From Alphaproteobacteria bacterium (GTDB lineage: Bacteria > Pseudomonadota > Alphaproteobacteria > UBA828), in contig CAXXVO010000018.1 in the NCBI GenBank assembly GCA_963422645.2, forward strand, positions 104,700 to 168,699: 64,000 bases of DNA. The letters run 5' to 3'. How positions within the stretch are numbered: position 1 is the first letter of the stretch; each line of letters begins with the position of its first letter. The notes under the pieces were generated by a model that was not told the DNA's origin, did not search any database, and worked only from the letters and a program-made list of their open reading frames with translations. The translations under genes were made by a program, and so were the position numbers. Of the stretch, positions 35,063 to 44,692 are shown piece by piece.

Positions 35063-35791
35063 ATGGAGCGTCATGATGTGCTGGAGATGATGACCCAGCT
35101 GAAGCTCGCAGGTATGCGCGCCGCTTACGACGACATCCTTGCCGACGGGCTCAAGCGCCGCCATCCGGTGCAACAGATCATCGGTACGCTGCTGCAGGTC
35201 GAGATCGCCGACAAGAGGGCCCGCTCGATCAAGTACCAGATGGCCTCCGCCAAGCTGCCGACGGTCAAGGAGCTGGCCGACTTCGACTTCGCCGCCTCGC
35301 CGGTCAACGAGCCCCTGATCCAGGAGCTCGCCGGCGGCGGCTTCCTCGAGGGCAAACGCAACATCGTGCTGGTCGGCGGCACCGGTACCGGCAAGACCCA
35401 TCTCGCCGTCGCCATCGCGCGGTCCTGCATCCGCAAGGGCGCGCGCGGCCGGTGCTACAACGTCGTCGACCTGGTCAACCTCCTCGAGGCCGAGCTTCGC
35501 GCCGGACGCCAGGGCCGCACTGCAGACCAGCTCGTCCGCCGCGACTTCGTCATCCTCGACGAGCTCGGCTACCTGCCCTTCGCCCAGGCCGGTGGGCAGC
35601 TGCTCTTCCATCTGATGAGCCGGCTCTACGAGCGCACCTCGATCGTCATCACCACAAACCTCGCCTTCGGCGAATGGCCATCCGTCTTCGGCGACCCCAA
35701 GATGACCACAGCGCTGCTCGATCGCCTCACCCATCATTGCGAGATCATCGAGACCGGCAACGAGAGCTGGCGCTTCAAGAACCGCTCCTGA
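35063..35791 (+). CDS. istB: IS21 helper ATPase IstB
   Basis: [33 protein letters not shown]. Confidence 0.96.
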   Translation: MERHDVLEMMTQLKLAGMRAAYDDILADGLKRRHPVQQIIGTLLQVEIADKRARSIKYQMASAKLPTVKELADFDFAASPVNEPLIQELAGGGFLEGKRNIVLVGGTGTGKTHLAVAIARSCIRKGARGRCYNVVDLVNLLEAELRAGRQGRTADQLVRRDFVILDELGYLPFAQAGGQLLFHLMSRLYERTSIVITTNLAFGEWPSVFGDPKMTTALLDRLTHHCEIIETGNESWRFKNRS

Positions 35792-35995
35792 CCCGCCGCC
35801 GGCCTCCCTTGCGGCCCGGTTGCCCCGGTGGGCCAACAGGGACCCCCCACGCGGCTTCGCTCCGCGTAGCGCAGGGCGCCACACGAAGCCGCGCGGGTCC
35901 CCCCTATTGGCTACCGGGACAACCTCCGCCGTGCCACTCAGGGGGGTCAATTTTGCACGCCGATCGGGGGTCAGTATTGAAAGCCGATTGACAAG

Positions 35996-36577
35996 CCCGG
36001 AGAGGGTTCCACCCCCCCCATTCGCGTCGTCCGCGCAGCCATCGGCCCTCGAGCAATGGCCGAGGTCGAGCGAGCCGTCAACGGGCTCGCGCTCGCGCGC
36101 CGGGGCCCCGGCGCGGACGACTGCTACGAGGCATGGCTGCCCGACGGGATGCTCCCGGCAGACTGCACCGACGCCCTGGACGCCCTCGCCCGCAACTACG
36201 CCCGCGAGGTGCTGAACGCACGCGCGGACACGCCCTCGCCCGCCGTCTGCAACTGTTACTTCGCAGGACAGGCCTGCCTCTGGCACGTCGACCAGTACGC
36301 AGGGCGGGGAGTTCCCGACACCCTCGACCGGACCGTCTCCGCAAGCCTCATCGTCGAACGCGCCGCAGCCGGCGGCGACATGGTCTTCCAGGACCCGGGC
36401 CGGAAACGCCGCCCCGTACGGATCGACCCGCCGCCGGGATCGCTCGTCCTCTTCCCCGCAGACTGGTGGCACAGGGTCGCACCCGCCACCGCCGGCATCC
36501 GCCGCTCGCTCGTGCGATGGTGGGCGCAGTCGAACGGAGAGAGGTTCTCGTCCCTCGCCCGGCCCGACGGAGGATGA
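35996..36577 (+). CDS. 2OG-Fe(II) oxygenase (prolyl-hydroxylase-like), probably 5'-truncated by IS21
   Basis: WHVD (HxD), GGDMVF, GSLVLFP, WHRVAP, RRSLV (RxS); frame is open back to the IS21 end. Confidence 0.72.
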   Translation, partial: PGEGSTPPIRVVRAAIGPRAMAEVERAVNGLALARRGPGADDCYEAWLPDGMLPADCTDALDALARNYAREVLNARADTPSPAVCNCYFAGQACLWHVDQYAGRGVPDTLDRTVSASLIVERAAAGGDMVFQDPGRKRRPVRIDPPPGSLVLFPADWWHRVAPATAGIRRSLVRWWAQSNGERFSSLARPDGG

Positions 36578-36581
36578 CACG

Positions 36582-37102
36582 GTGATCGACATCCAGGACG
36601 CGATCCGCCGGCTCATGCCCACGGCTTCCTGCCGGGCTCCTTCCCCGGCGGCATCGACACGATGTTCGACGAGGCGACATGGAAGGCCTACGGCTGGAAC
36701 CCGATCCCCGGCCTGCCGGACTACGGCCCCGACCCGGACGCCAGCCCCAAGCCGGCATGGGCCATGATCGCCGAAGCGGGCGAGCGCGCCGCCGCCGAAG
36801 ACCTCCGGCAAGAAAGGGCGCAAGGGGTCGACCGGGAGGCAACCCGCCGCATCCGGAAGGCCTACGGGGCGAGGAGCTGGGAGCACGAGGCCAGACGGCG
36901 GCTGCGCGGCGCCGCCACCGAGGAGCAGGACGCCGAACGCGACCGCCTGCGCCGGCTCTGCCGCGCGCTCCGCAAGCGCATCGAAACCATGGACGCGGGC
37001 GCGCTCGAGCGCTTCGACGCAGCCGACGACAGACACTGGCGCCCGCCCGAAGCCGGGCCCGCCCAGCCCCCCGCGCCCGAGGCGGAGGAGAAGGCGGAAT
37101 AG
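36582..37102 (+). pseudogene. Phage tail-assembly-like hypothetical protein, probably frameshifted
   Basis: ORF 36582 (IDIQDAIRRLMP) appears to continue in the 36662 frame (GFLPGSFPGGIDTMF...); ends FDAADDRHW like tail-fibre assembly proteins; resemblance only. Confidence 0.4.
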
Positions 37103-37221
37103 AACCCTTGCAGGGGCCGTGCACACCGAATTCCGCGCCCCTGAACGGCCCGTGCATGGCCGATGCAGAGGCCGTTTTTCCAGCCCGAATCAGCCCCGAA
37201 AATCAGCCTGTTTTCCAGGCC

Positions 37222-37271
37222 ATTCGCAAAGACTTCTGGCCGCGATTCGCAAAGACTTCTGGCCGGCTACA
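37222..37271 (-). repeat. Right-end tandem transposase-binding-like repeats
   Basis: ATTCGCAAAGACTTCTGGCC at 37222-37241 and 37245-37264, inverted relative to the left-end motif, followed by GGCTACA. Confidence 0.82.
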
Positions 37272-37532
37272 GTCACTCGACAGTCTCGACCTTAATTGCT
37301 GCCACCTGACTTAACTGATCACTGATAGAGGGACTCGGTGAGGATGTCATCTTTATGACGATTAAGCGTAACTGCCCAGGTACCCCCTCTCTCTTATGGA
37401 ACAAGCCAGTTCCTTTTGCGTCAACGCCCCCACGCCGCGGGGGTGCCTACTCTCTTGAGCGCGAGAGGATGATGAACGCCGCGTCGCGAACAAGATGAGA
37501 GGACAGCGATACTCAGGATGAGCCGGAGAAGT

Positions 37533-39074
37533 TCAGGAGCGCAGTATAGGGATCAGCTGCATCGGTTCCGGGTGCGCCAGGATTTGCAGGATGTTCCAGC
37601 CTTGCTTTCGAGCGGTGACGATGACGCTGCGCATTCCGGCGAAGTTGCAGGCGCCTTGCAGGGAGCGGAAGCCGCCTGAGATCTTCTCATGCACTTTGTT
37701 CATACGGATGTCACGCTCCGCCTCGTTATTCGTGAACGGCGTGCGCAGGTCGGTGAGGAAGCGCAGGCAGCCCTCCTTATGCTTTTGAAGGCGGCGCGCG
37801 AGGTTGTGGCCGATGCGGCGTTTCTTTCGCCCTCGCTTTGCGATCTGGAGCGGCGGTTGGGCCTCATGGAAGGCGATGGCTTCTTCGAGGATACGGTCCC
37901 ATGCCCTTGAGATGCGGGCCACCAGGGAGGCGGGGACTTGACGGTCTTTCTCACGGGCGAAGCGGGCGGCCCTGCGCGCGCGCTGAAGCAGGCGGTGCAT
38001 GCTCGCCGCCCATTCCTCCTTCTCGATGTCGATCAGGGCCTGGAGTTCGCGCAGGTGATGTGCGTTGCAGGCGCCGTGGCGGACGCCCTTGATGGTGAAG
38101 TAGGGGGCGAAGTCGTCGTGGACGAGGATGCCTTTCAGGTTCTTTTCGACACCGCGCGCGCTCACCTCGCCGATGCGCAGGACGGTGAGCAACGGGGTGC
38201 ACAGCACATGGAGCCAGCGGGTACGGGCGGCGATACGCAGGCCGGTCTCGTCGAGGTGCTTGACCGGCGCCTGCGTGCGGATCAGATCGGCGACATGGTC
38301 GAGGAAGCCCTCGAAGCGCTGCGCTGTGCGCCGGCCCATGGCGGCGATCGTGGCAGTGGAGATGGACACCGCGAAGATGTCGCTCATGAGTTCGGCCAGA
38401 CGCTTCTCGGGCACGAACTGGGCGTACAGCAGGTAACTCACCCAAGCGGTGATGCGAGGGCCGTACTGGACCGGGGCGGTGACGCCCGGCGGGAAGGCGG
38501 CTCGTGTCAGCGTGCCGCATGCGCCGCAGAGGCAGCGATGGGCGCGGTGTTCGGTGACCTCGAGAGGCTGCGGCTCGGGTACGTCGAAGACCTGCCGACA
38601 GGCGGGCGCGCCTTGCCGGTCGGCGTCCGAGAGCTCGACGCCACAGCCGGAACAGGTGGAGGGGTGGTGATCGACGACACGGTCCGGGCTGTCGCTCCGC
38701 GCGAGGGTGGTTCCCTTGTGGCCGGGCTGGCCGCCACTGGGCCCGCCGGACTTTCCGCGCTGGCTTTGGGTGCGCCTCTGGGCTCCGCTTTTCTTCTTGA
38801 GCCCGTCGCTGGCGGGGGGCTTGCTGCTTGTGGTGCTGTTGAGGGCCGCGCTGCGCTCGAGTTCGGCGATGCGCTCGCGCAGGGCCGCGTTCTCCTGCTC
38901 GAGTGCGGCATTTTCCCGGGCGAGCGCGGTGGCTGATCGCAGCAGCCCCTGCCCCCATTCCCGGACGGCAACGACGACAGTGGTTGCGAGGGATGATGGC
39001 TCGAGAAGCTCCTTCAGGCAGCAGAAGGCCTCGTTACGGGCGGCGAGGTCTTCGTGCCAGTGCGACACCGTCAC
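37533..39074 (-). CDS. IS66-family transposase (TnpC-like)
   Basis: Coiled coil, NSTTSSKPPASD, GGQPGHKG, CxxC zinc ribbons, HLDETG, CNAHHLREL, TNNEAERDIR; GTG start overlaps the methylase stop. Confidence 0.93.
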   Translation of the reverse strand: MTVSHWHEDLAARNEAFCCLKELLEPSSLATTVVVAVREWGQGLLRSATALARENAALEQENAALRERIAELERSAALNSTTSSKPPASDGLKKKSGAQRRTQSQRGKSGGPSGGQPGHKGTTLARSDSPDRVVDHHPSTCSGCGVELSDADRQGAPACRQVFDVPEPQPLEVTEHRAHRCLCGACGTLTRAAFPPGVTAPVQYGPRITAWVSYLLYAQFVPEKRLAELMSDIFAVSISTATIAAMGRRTAQRFEGFLDHVADLIRTQAPVKHLDETGLRIAARTRWLHVLCTPLLTVLRIGEVSARGVEKNLKGILVHDDFAPYFTIKGVRHGACNAHHLRELQALIDIEKEEWAASMHRLLQRARRAARFAREKDRQVPASLVARISRAWDRILEEAIAFHEAQPPLQIAKRGRKKRRIGHNLARRLQKHKEGCLRFLTDLRTPFTNNEAERDIRMNKVHEKISGGFRSLQGACNFAGMRSVIVTARKQGWNILQILAHPEPMQLIPILRS

Positions 39075-39736
39075 GTGTCTTCGGCCTCGACGGCCATCAT
39101 GGCGGCGAGCACGGCGAGGCGTTCGCCCGGCGGCAAGGCCTGGTAGCGCCGGCCCCAGTTGGCTGCCTTGCGCTTGATGCGCTGGCGGTCGGTGAAGTTC
39201 CGGCCTGCGTGGCTGGCCCAATGCATCCGGTCGGGGGCGTAGTTGAACCAGACGACCTCGGTTCGCACCAGACCCTGGGTCGTGACCTGCAGCGCCAGCC
39301 GGCGCCATCCCGCCAGCACCTCGTCATAGAGCGCCGACGGATGGCCCGAGATCATGACCTGGCAGGGCAGAGCCTTGAGCAGCGCGAGAAGCGCGACGTG
39401 GCCGGCCTCCTCGTACTCGAAGCGGTAGCGCTGCGCCGAGCGGCGGGTCGCGTGCAGATAGGGCGGATCGCTGTAAACCAGCTCCGGGCCCAGGAACGGG
39501 AACGAGGCCAGGAAGTCATGGGCACAGCCGTGAACCAGATCGACCGGGTAGTCGCAGACGAAGGCCTCGAGCGCCTGCGCATCGCGGTCGATGCCGATCG
39601 AACGCACGGCCGGCGGCTTGCGCTTCATCAGCGCCCCGCCCCCAAGGTGGCTTTCGATGTAGACGGAGTGCGGCGGCATCAGCGCAATCAGCGCTTGGCA
39701 CAGACCTGCTGTCGCCTTCGAGCCGAAATACCCCAT
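39071..39736 (-). CDS. DNA N6-adenine methyltransferase (small Dam-like)
   Basis: YFGSK, YIESHLGGG (motif I), YSDPPY (motif IV), VMISG, TEVVWFNY. Confidence 0.88.
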   Translation of the reverse strand: MGYFGSKATAGLCQALIALMPPHSVYIESHLGGGALMKRKPPAVRSIGIDRDAQALEAFVCDYPVDLVHGCAHDFLASFPFLGPELVYSDPPYLHATRRSAQRYRFEYEEAGHVALLALLKALPCQVMISGHPSALYDEVLAGWRRLALQVTTQGLVRTEVVWFNYAPDRMHWASHAGRNFTDRQRIKRKAANWGRRYQALPPGERLAVLAAMMAVEAEDT

Positions 39737-39909
39737 GGACCGCTCCCGTCACGCGAGAGAGCAGTCCATAGTCCCGCAACTCTATGAGGTCAAGAACCAA
39801 TCGCGGTGGCAGAACCAGGCCGCGGCCGCCGCCATAATCACCGTCCTCAACTCAGGATTGGGGTACCTGGGTAGTTACGATTAAGCTTGCATTCGGTTAA
39901 GGAAACTCC

Positions 39910-39978
39910 TTGACAGAAGATATGGGGCGCACTACCATTTATGGTCCTTAACAGGATAGAGTGCCCCAGATGTCGTCT
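39910..39978 (+). promoter_or_regulatory. nrdJ sigma70 promoter with NrdR-like boxes
   Basis: TTGACA (39910)-17 bp-TACCAT (39933); NrdR-like 16-mers at 39913-39928 (reverse complement GCCCCATATCTTCTGT), 39932-39947 and 39963-39978, the last two 31 bp apart. Confidence 0.65.
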
Positions 39979-40037
39979 ATTGCCTGATTTTTGGGGGCTC
40001 GATTGAACACCGGTTTCGTTCGAGATTTGGAGGCCCC

Positions 40038-43000
40038 ATGCGCATCAAGCGCCACTATACGACGGACGACGGATCGCCCCGCGAGGAGGTGGCGTACCGC
40101 ACGACCGCGTGCGAGATCCGCAATCCCGACGGCTCGGTGGTGTTCGCACAGCAGGACGTCGAGGTTCCGGCTAGCTGGTCGCAGGTGGCCTGCGACGTCC
40201 TCGCCCAGAAATACTTTCGCAAGGCCGGCATCGCGGCCCGGCGCAGGCCGGTGCCGGAGGCCGACGTGCCCGAATGGCTGTGGCGGAGCGAGCCGGACCC
40301 GGAGGCCGGGGACGGCGTGGACCCTGGAGACGGCAAGGCGACCCAGGGCGAGCGCTCGGCCAAGGAGGTATTCCACCGCCTCGCCAGCACCTGGACCTAC
40401 TGGGGCTGGAAGGCCGGCTACTTCGATGCCGAGCAGGACGCCCGTGCCTTCTACGACGAGCTCGTCACCATGCTGGCGCTCCAGGTGGCCGCGCCGAACT
40501 CGCCGCAGTGGTTCAATACCGGCCTGAACTGGGCCTACGGCATCGACGGCCCGGCCCAGGGCCACTACTACGTCGATTACGAGAGCGGCGAATTGGCGGA
40601 GGCCGAGTCGGCCTACGAGCATCCCCAGCCGCACGCCTGCTTCATCCAGAGCATCCGGGATGACCTCGTCAACGAGGGCGGGATCATGGACCTCTGGGTG
40701 CGCGAGGCGCGGCTCTTCAAGTACGGCTCGGGCACCGGCACCAACTTCTCCAACCTGCGCGGCGAGGGCGAGCCGCTCTCCGGCGGGGGCAAGTCCTCCG
40801 GCCTGATGAGTTTCCTCAAGATCGGCGACCGCGCCGCCGGCGCCATCAAGTCGGGTGGCACGACCCGACGCGCCGCCAAGATGGTCATCGTCGACGTCGA
40901 CCACCCCGACATCGAGGACTTTGTCTCCTGGAAGGTGGTGGAGGAGCAGAAGGTCGCGGCGCTGGTGTGCGGATCGCAGCTTCTCCACACCCGCCTCAAC
41001 GCGATCGTCGATGCCTGCCACGAGGGCAGCGGCGCCGCGCGCTTCGAGCCCAGGTCCAACCCGGCGCTCGGCGACGCGGTGCGCGAGGCGCGGAAGGCGC
41101 TGGTGCCGGAGAGCTGCATCCACCGGGCGATCCGCTGGGCCGAGCAGGGCTTTACCGAGATCGACTTCCGCATCTACGACACCGACTGGCAGTCGGAGGC
41201 CTATCTCACGGCCTCGGGCCAGAACTCCAACAACTCGATCCGCGTGACCGATGACTTCCTGCAGCGGGTCGAGACCGGCGGCGACTGGGACCTGATCCGG
41301 CGTACCGACGGCAAGGTGGCGAAGACCGTCGATGCGCGCGGCCTCTGGGATCAGATCGCCGAAGCGGCCTGGGCCTCGGCCGATCCCGGGATCCAGTTCG
41401 ACAGCACCATCAATGCCTGGCACACCTGCCCGGCGGGCGGGCGGATCAACGCGTCCAACCCCTGCTCCGAGTACATGTTCCTGGACGACACGGCGTGCAA
41501 CCTCGCCTCGCTCAACCTGATCACCTTCCGGCGCGAGGACGGCAGCTTCGACATCGAGAGCTTCGAGCACGCGGTCAAGCTGTGGACCATCGTGCTCGAG
41601 ATCGCGGTGGTGATGGCGCAGTTCCCGTCGCGCGAGATCGCGCTTCGCTCCTACCAGTACCGCACCCTCGGGCTGGGCTTCGCCAACCTGGGCGGGCTGC
41701 TCATGTCGCTCGGGCTTTCCTACGACAGCGCCGAGGGCCGCGCCATCTGCGGCGCCATCAGCGCGCTCATGACCGGCACCTCCTACGCGGCCTCGGCGGA
41801 GATGGCCGGCGAGAACGGCGCCTTCCCCGCGTTCGACGACAACCGGGACGCCATGCTGCGAGTGATGCGCAACCACCGCGCCGCCGCACAGGGCGAGAGT
41901 GGTCGCTTCGAGGGCCTCGATATCCGCCCGGTGCCGCTCGATCACGCCAACCTGCCCGATCGTGCCCTCGGCAAGGCCGCGAAGCGCGCCTGGGACCGCG
42001 CGGTGAAGCTCGGCGAGAAGCACGGCTACCGTAACGCCCAGGCGACGGTGATCGCGCCCACCGGCACCATCGGGCTGGTCATGGACTGCGATACCACCGG
42101 CATCGAGCCCGACTTCGCCCTGGTCAAGTTCAAGAAGCTCGCCGGCGGCGGGCACTTCAAGATCATCAACGGCACGGTGCCCAAGGCGCTGAAGACGCTC
42201 GGCTACACCTCGGGGCAAATCCGCAAGATTGTCGCCTACGCGGTCGGCAGCGGCACCCTCAAGGACGCGCCGGCGGTCGACCACGCCGCGCTCGCACGCA
42301 AGGGTTTCACGCCTGCGGTCATCAAGCGCGCCGAAGGCGCTCTCGACGCCGCCTTCGACCTGAACCTCGCGTTCAACAAGTGGACCCTCGGCGTCGAGTT
42401 CTGCACCGGCACGCTCGGCCTCGACGCCCGCGACCTCGATCGCCCGGACTTCGACTTGCTGAGTGCCATCGGCTTCAGCGCGAGCGAGATCGAGGCGGCC
42501 ACTCTCTATTGCTGCGGCGCCATGACGCTGGAAGGCGCGCCGCACCTGAGGACCGAGCACCTGCCGGTCTTCGACTGCGCCAACCCATGCGGGCGCACGG
42601 GCTCCAATCGCTGCCTCTTGACCGAGAGCCACGTGCGCATGATGGCGGCGGCCCAACCCTTCGTCTCGGGCGCCATCTCGAAGACCATCAACCTTCCGAT
42701 GGACGCCACCGTCGAGGATTGCCGCCGGGCCTACGAGCTCTCCTGGCGCCTCGGCCTCAAGGCAAACGCTCTCTACCGCGACGGCTCCAAGCTCTCCCAA
42801 CCGCTGACCGGCATCGCGCTCGGCGACGGGTTCGAGGAGGCGGCGGAAGAAGAGGCAGCCGCCGCGGCGCCAGCCGTGGTAAGCCGGCCCGACCCGCTCG
42901 CCGTCGCCGAGCGGATCGTCAAGCAGGTCATCCGCGAGGGCGAGCGGCGGCGCCTGCCCCACCGGCGGCGCGGCTACACCCAGAAGGCCATCGTCGGCGG

Positions 43001-43748
43001 GCACAAGGTCTATCTCAGGACCGGCGAGTTCAAGGACGGCGCGCTCGGCGAGATCTTCATCGACATGCACAAGGAAGGTGCGTCCTTCCGCAGCCTGATG
43101 AACAACTTCGCGATCTCGATCTCGATCGGCCTGCAATACGGCGTGCCGCTCGACGAGTACGTCGATGCCTTCACCTTCACCCGCTTCGAGCCGGCGGGGA
43201 TGGTGGTCAACAACGACGCCATCAAGATGAGCACGTCCATCCTCGACTACATCTTCCGCGAGCTCGCCATCTCCTATCTCGGGCGCAGCGACCTGTCTCA
43301 TGCCGAAGCCGAGGATCTACTGCCAGACACCATCGGCGGCGGCGAGGAGCAGACCGTGCGTGCGCCGACGCTGCCCGACAGGAGCGGGCACGCCGGCCCC
43401 GGTGCGAGCTCGGACGACCCGGTGAGTGCCGGTTACGTGCGCTCCAACCTGCTGGTGCTCAACGGCGGCGCCGGCAGCGCGGGCAGCGACGAGAGAGGTG
43501 GCCGGGAAAGCGCCCGCCTCCGGCAGGCACCGGAACGCGACGCGCCTGCTGCGGCCCTTTTGCGGCAGACCCAGCGCGCGGATCACGCGGCCGGAGCGCC
43601 CGTGGCCATTGGCCGCGAGCCGCTGCACCAGGCGCGCGTCAAAGGCTACGAAGGCGAGGCCTGCGGCGATTGCGGAAACTTCACGCTGGTCCGTAACGGG
43701 ACCTGCATGAAGTGTGTGACTTGCGGCGCTACCAGTGGTTGTTCCTGA
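40038..43748 (+). CDS. nrdJ: Vitamin B12-dependent (class II) ribonucleotide reductase
   Basis: 1236 aa; [40 protein letters not shown]-terminal TSCPD-like and CxxC-CxxC domains. Confidence 0.96.
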   Translation: MRIKRHYTTDDGSPREEVAYRTTACEIRNPDGSVVFAQQDVEVPASWSQVACDVLAQKYFRKAGIAARRRPVPEADVPEWLWRSEPDPEAGDGVDPGDGKATQGERSAKEVFHRLASTWTYWGWKAGYFDAEQDARAFYDELVTMLALQVAAPNSPQWFNTGLNWAYGIDGPAQGHYYVDYESGELAEAESAYEHPQPHACFIQSIRDDLVNEGGIMDLWVREARLFKYGSGTGTNFSNLRGEGEPLSGGGKSSGLMSFLKIGDRAAGAIKSGGTTRRAAKMVIVDVDHPDIEDFVSWKVVEEQKVAALVCGSQLLHTRLNAIVDACHEGSGAARFEPRSNPALGDAVREARKALVPESCIHRAIRWAEQGFTEIDFRIYDTDWQSEAYLTASGQNSNNSIRVTDDFLQRVETGGDWDLIRRTDGKVAKTVDARGLWDQIAEAAWASADPGIQFDSTINAWHTCPAGGRINASNPCSEYMFLDDTACNLASLNLITFRREDGSFDIESFEHAVKLWTIVLEIAVVMAQFPSREIALRSYQYRTLGLGFANLGGLLMSLGLSYDSAEGRAICGAISALMTGTSYAASAEMAGENGAFPAFDDNRDAMLRVMRNHRAAAQGESGRFEGLDIRPVPLDHANLPDRALGKAAKRAWDRAVKLGEKHGYRNAQATVIAPTGTIGLVMDCDTTGIEPDFALVKFKKLAGGGHFKIINGTVPKALKTLGYTSGQIRKIVAYAVGSGTLKDAPAVDHAALARKGFTPAVIKRAEGALDAAFDLNLAFNKWTLGVEFCTGTLGLDARDLDRPDFDLLSAIGFSASEIEAATLYCCGAMTLEGAPHLRTEHLPVFDCANPCGRTGSNRCLLTESHVRMMAAAQPFVSGAISKTINLPMDATVEDCRRAYELSWRLGLKANALYRDGSKLSQPLTGIALGDGFEEAAEEEAAAAAPAVVSRPDPLAVAERIVKQVIREGERRRLPHRRRGYTQKAIVGGHKVYLRTGEFKDGALGEIFIDMHKEGASFRSLMNNFAISISIGLQYGVPLDEYVDAFTFTRFEPAGMVVNNDAIKMSTSILDYIFRELAISYLGRSDLSHAEAEDLLPDTIGGGEEQTVRAPTLPDRSGHAGPGASSDDPVSAGYVRSNLLVLNGGAGSAGSDERGGRESARLRQAPERDAPAAALLRQTQRADHAAGAPVAIGREPLHQARVKGYEGEACGDCGNFTLVRNGTCMKCVTCGATSGCS

Positions 43749-43786
43749 CGACCGTCGATCTCCCGCGGTCATGAACCACTGGCACT

Positions 43787-43820
43787 GGGGAGTGCGTACA
43801 ATGCGCACTCCCCTTCTTTC
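43787..43820 (+). terminator. Rho-independent terminator of nrdJ
   Basis: GGGGAGTGCG-TACAATG-CGCACTCCCC followed by TTCTTTC. Confidence 0.7.
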
Positions 43821-43934
43821 CTTCGCCTATTGCAGCGCCCTTTACCGCAGCCGTCAAGCGGCTGTCTGAGGGAGCACGGTATAGCGAAACTGCCATCGGC
43901 AGAGCGCTGAGCGGCCACGAGCAGAGGAAGACCG

Positions 43935-44621
43935 ATGAGCACCACCGCCAAGCTGGGCGCGCTCGGCGCCGCGATCATCGCTCTGGTGATGGGTCTTGCG
44001 GCGTGCCAAACGTCCGGAACGGTGACCTCGATTGCCATCGATACGTCGGAGACCACTCTCACATCCTGGCTCGCCAAGCCCGAAGGCGAAGGCCCTTTCC
44101 CCGCCATCGTGCTGCTGCACGGCTGCAGCGGAACCGAATGGAACACGTCGCATCGAACGGCCCGGCGCGGCTTGAACGGTCACGCCAGGCTCTTGAACGA
44201 CTACGGATACGTCACGCTCATCGTCGACAGCTTCGGGCCGCGCGGCATCAGCGACGGCTGCCAGACCGGCGGCAAGTACAATCCGGTGCAGAACAGCCAT
44301 GCCAATTCCGCTTTCGATCATCTGGCAGCGCTGCCCTTCGTGGACGCAGACCGGATCGGCTCTGTCGGTCTCGCGCTGAGCGGCAGCACCGCCCTGCAGC
44401 TGCCGATGCGGGGGCCGCACTACGCCGAAGGCATGGGCGGCAGGACCCACGCGGTGACTGGCAACTCCACCGCACGGAGGGACTCGCAGAAGCGCATGCT
44501 GGCCTTCTTCGCGAAACACCTTGGGGGACCCTATCCGGCGGCGACTGCCGGATCAGTTGACGCCGCGGGCCATTCGGGCTTTGGGAATTTCTTGCGTGCC
44601 GCCTTCGCGATGAACGATTAG
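43935..44621 (+). pseudogene. Dienelactone-hydrolase-like lipoprotein, degenerate with internal deletion
   Basis: LAAC lipobox, GPFPAIVLLHGCSG, VDSFGPRG, VDADRIG; nucleophile elbow decayed (GLALSG) and central region apparently missing. Confidence 0.55.
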
Positions 44622-44692
44622 TCTCTCGGCCCGACAGGCTGAGGCATGCCCGTCCCGCGCCTCGATTTCACCTATCACGGCAGGATGTAACG

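Larger units (their letters stand above)
32228..35076 (+). pseudogene. istA: IS21 transposase IstA split by an IS4 insertion
   Basis: Removing 32727-34060 rejoins RMYLV-QIFPRESQEMV; YQFDW, YDNMKT, WEKGQVE DDE motifs. Confidence 0.92.
32112..35993 (+). mobile_element. IS21-family element (istA interrupted by IS4)
   Basis: TGTTAAG...TTGACA termini with shared GATCGGCGT(C/G)CAAAATTGACCCC subterminal repeats; istA-istB pair; no flanking TSD. Confidence 0.93.
31911..37271. mobile_element. Mu-like transposable prophage relic with both ends, interior deleted
   Basis: Ends TGTAG...CTACA; flanking 5-bp direct repeat GTCAC (31906-31910 and 37272-37276); repeated AAGTC(A/T)TTGCGAAT sites at both ends; phage-like ORFs near the right end. 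Confidence 0.85.
37368..39878 (-). mobile_element. IS66-family element with a passenger DNA methyltransferase
   Basis: Inverted repeats GTAACT(A/G)CCCAGGTACCCC; 8-bp TSD GATTAAGC (37360-37367 and 39879-39886). Confidence 0.93.

Noticed and set aside
37222-37264. Direct repeats of 20-22 bp as a possible CRISPR array
   Set aside because: Only two copies per site, no unique spacers of regular length and no cas genes; better explained as transposase-binding sites
39074-39308. N-terminal extension of the IS66 transposase as a programmed methylase-transposase fusion
   Set aside because: No obvious slippery sequence; the GTGA overlap explains coupling and the extension reads as off-frame sequence
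39948-43301. Very long antisense ORFs (also 5157-7265, 58656-60731, 60761-62668)
   Set aside because: Shadow frames opposite real genes, expected in high-GC DNA; no recognisable motifs
40038-43748. Intein or cobalamin riboswitch associated with nrdJ
   Set aside because: No intein splice motifs or endonuclease insert recognised; the leader is short and lacks a recognisable B12 box
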